Assembly: GCF_009914755.1 (NCBI RefSeq)
Contig: NC_060926.1
Source of the DNA: the human T2T-CHM13v2.0 reference genome, Homo sapiens
Direction: 5' to 3' (one strand)
DNA length: 64,000 bases
Every line of letters begins with the position of its first letter. Position 1 is the first letter of the stretch. This document shows, piece by piece, positions 60,831-64,000 of this stretch. The position numbers and the translations under genes are program-made. The notes under the pieces were generated by a model, which was not told the origin of the DNA, searched no databases, and was given only the letters and a program-made list of their open reading frames with translations.

Positions 60831-63564
60831 CGGAGGGCGTGTGCCGGGAGCACAATCCGGGCCGAGGCTCCTGGTAAGGGAGCAGAGCGGGAAGCTGATC
60901 CCCCACGGATTCTTAGGGGGCCGACTTCCCCTGTGTTGAAGATTCATCAAAGACTGATTCGAGTCTGTGTTCAGCATGTGTGTTTTAGATTAGAACAGTG
61001 TTGAGAATTTTTATATGGGGCCCAGTTTTAGCAGGACATCATTTAGGATCTTTACAAACGAGTTCAGGGTACTTCGTTTTATCTGTTGTCTTTGAGCCAC
61101 TGAGTGAATTAGTAAATGTTTGCAAATGTGATTGCATCAGTGAAGAAGAACATATACCACGAGTTAAAATAAATTTCCCGTGCTGCTGAAAAATCAGTGC
61201 CGCCATCCTCTGACCCTGCTCCTCCCACGCGCCCTGCAGGCTGTCTCCCTCTGGGGTCGAGAGAGCTTCACAGACCATTTGGGAAAGAGCCAAGCAAACA
61301 CACTTCTGCAAGCCATTTGCATAAGTAGACATAATCCATACGGAATGATGCACTGTTCGGTTGTAGTTTCATTCGTCAGTGACCTGCATCTGCCCGCCCA
61401 GTCTTGAGTTCAGCTCCATCCCTCCCTGCAGTTCCGCAGCCTCCGGCTTCCCCACCTCAGCTTGGCTGAGAGTTTCACGTTCATCCAAGTGCTTCTTTAC
61501 AGACTCACTCCCAGCTGGAGGAGGCAGAGGGTAAGGTACATTTTCGTGCACTCCGGAAAAGAAACGTATTCAACAATGTCCATGTAGCTTTTGCTTCTCT
61601 ATTGATAATTGCTAATGTGGTAGTGAGAGCTTTGTTTGTAGGAAGAGTTAATATCTTTTCTAAAAGGGTTTTTTGACAGATGGACATTCTTCAGTTTTGC
61701 TGTCTTATTTGTTAAGCAAAGTTAGAAACATAAGTGAGAACAGGCGTGGCTGGCCTCTAACACTGTCAGGGCCAGGACTCAGGGCCTGGCCACCCGCACA
61801 CCGACAGTGGCCAGTTATTGCCATCACCGTGCCTGACCCAGAGGGTTTGGTTGCCCTTCTTTTCTGCTGCTTCCACAGAAAACAAATTGATTGTGGCTTA
61901 ATCAGATGAGATGGGAATGACTGGCAGGTGGGGAGAAGAAAGGAAAGGCCGAGTGAGGATGGCCATCCATCGAGGCCACTTCCCTGCTCTTTGCCATTGA
62001 AGCCCATGCTCCTGGAACCCCGTGTGTGTTCAGAATGTGCAAGCAGAAGAAGAAGAGGGAGCGGAAAGCACTGGGCATCAGGGCTTTCCAGGGGAATGTC
62101 TTGACCTGGCTGGCAGTGGAAATTCACACCTTCAGAAACCTCTAGAGTTCATCGTGGCCAATCCTGGGACATGGACTTAGGAATGCCCAACCCCGCCACC
62201 CAGCCGTGGCAACCCGATTCAAAACCAAATGCACCAAATGTGAACTCGAAGGCCATAGCCCTTGCCAGCGACCCAGCCCTGAAGCGGGCATGATAGCCCA
62301 GAGAAGAGGCCTTTGATGTAAGATGATTCTTAAATCGTGCATTCTTTGCCTTGCTTTTCTCGGCAGTATGTGTTCTGTCAATCTGTGATCTGAGTAGAAA
62401 GAAGAAAGTGTATTTTCAAGGTATGAGGGGCCCAGAGGACACTGTCCCAAAAGCAGTGGTTGTGAGAGTGGCTTTGGAGTCAGGCTGACAGTCTGGAAAC
62501 TTCCAGGTCCGCTCTGAAGTGCCGGCTGCATGACCAGCCCTCCAGCCTGTGTCCGCTTCGGCCTTCTTTGTGCAAGTGAGAGCATTGCTGATCCCCCCGG
62601 GGTGGCGAGGGGGCGCACGTCAGTGACCTCGCATGGTGCCTGCCAGGCACGTGGTCCGTGTTTCATGATTCTTTGAGAGCTTTGGAGCAGCTCCAAGAAG
62701 ACTCTTTTACTTTGAAGAGGTCCCCTGGGAAGCTGTGGTGGGACTGGAAGGTCGCAGGACTTTCCAAAATCTAAGTCTCTCCAGAACAGAGCTGCTCCAA
62801 GCTTTAGTCTCCACTCAAAAGGGTCCACTTAGTAAGTTCTCAGGTCCTTGGCTTAGTGCCAGCTTCCCAGTAGTTTGTATACTAGATGCCTTGGGAATAA
62901 AACCAGTTCCCTAAACCTATCCCGTGCTCACCCACGACCCGTGACAGCTGCCAAAGGGACAGACGCAAAGGCTCCTTCCTCAAGGCCCCCTGCAGACAGC
63001 ACTTTCCACACTGAAGGTGTCAGTGACCCAGCCAGAAAACCTGCTTCACCACCTCCTGGATAACTGCATAGGATGAGAACATAGATTTGGGTCTCTTTAA
63101 ATATGAATAGGTTACAAATTGCCTTTTTAAATATTGCTTGAGATCAAGTGGTAGTGGTTATATATGGAGTCAAGCAGCTGGGATATTCATTCAAGGCGTG
63201 TAATTTTCTTCATTCTTTGGACAAAACACAAGCAGGTTTTTAATTTTGAATAATTGATCTTCCCTCCCATACTGTGGGCAGGTGTTGATGGTTCCCCACC
63301 TTGTTAGCCTGAAGCCTGTTCATCCCTGGACCGGCCATGACATGCCCAGTGCAGTATCCCCCACGGTGGGGCTGGCAGCAGCCCCTCCACACTATGCACA
63401 GAGCAGTCTGAGTCTGGAATCGTCTCTTCAGCCTTACAGCTGTTCCATCTGTTATTTTCTCCAAACTCCTCTTCCCTGCATTTCCAAGCAGCGTCTTCTC
63501 ATGATTACAGTCACTTTCAGAGATGAGCTCATGCTGATACCCAATGAAGAACCCAGTTCAGAAT

Positions 63565-63881
63565 TTTCTTTTTTTTTCTTTTTTGTTTTTTTGAGACAGG
63601 GGGTCTTATTCTGTCACCCAGACTGGAGTACAGTGGCATGAACGTGGCTCACTGCAGCCTTGACCTCCCCGGTTCAAGCAATTCTTCTGCCTCGCCCTCC
63701 TGAGTAGCTGGGACTACAGGCATGCACCACCAAGCCTGGCTAATTTTTAAACTTTTTGTAGAGATAGGGTCTCACTCTGTTGCCCAGGCTGGTCTTGAAC
63801 TCCTGGACTCAAGCAGTTCTCCCACCTCAGCTTCCCAAAGTGCTACAGCTGACTATAAGCGTGAGCCACCATGTCCAGCCC
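63565..63881 (-). mobile_element. AluJ (antisense)
   Basis: Alu consensus sequence. Confidence 0.9.
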
Positions 63882-64000
63882 AGAATTTTCAAATTAAACA
63901 AAACTAACCCTCCAACATGTTTCAGTACAGTGGCCTCAATACACTATTCCTCATGCAAAGCCTTCAGTTGAAAGTGCTGGGTAACTTGGATTTGCCTGTG

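Noticed and set aside
62142-62828. 228-aa minus-strand ORF
   Set aside because: GTG start, no recognisable domain; consistent with chance in GC-rich intron.

Overview
Human (primate) genomic DNA: an internal 64-kb segment of the + strand gene TRAPPC12 (TTC15/TRAMM, TRAPPIII subunit, 2p25.3), recognised from the translated exons. Exon numbers follow my recollection of the reference transcript. The window opens inside the large CpG-rich exon 2 and contains four more coding exons that splice in frame: 13895-14011, 33999-34112, 36643-36781 and 55830-55942. It ends within intron 6. The introns carry about 20 Alus, old L1M, MIR and DNA-transposon fragments, an antisense ERV1 solo LTR, an MST LTR, a 7SL pseudogene and six unrelated minisatellites. 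Nearly all other ORFs in the track are repeat-derived or chance. The most interesting unexplained signals are: (1) a fully equipped candidate 4-nt frameshifting (poison) microexon at 33901-33904; (2) a 1.8-kb L1-derived VNTR built from palindromic K50-homeodomain sites; (3) a well-formed antisense exon at 31868-31929; (4) a CpG-rich VNTR bracketed by splice sites; (5) local templated duplications. All regulatory interpretations are hypotheses from sequence alone, and repeat subfamily calls are by eye.
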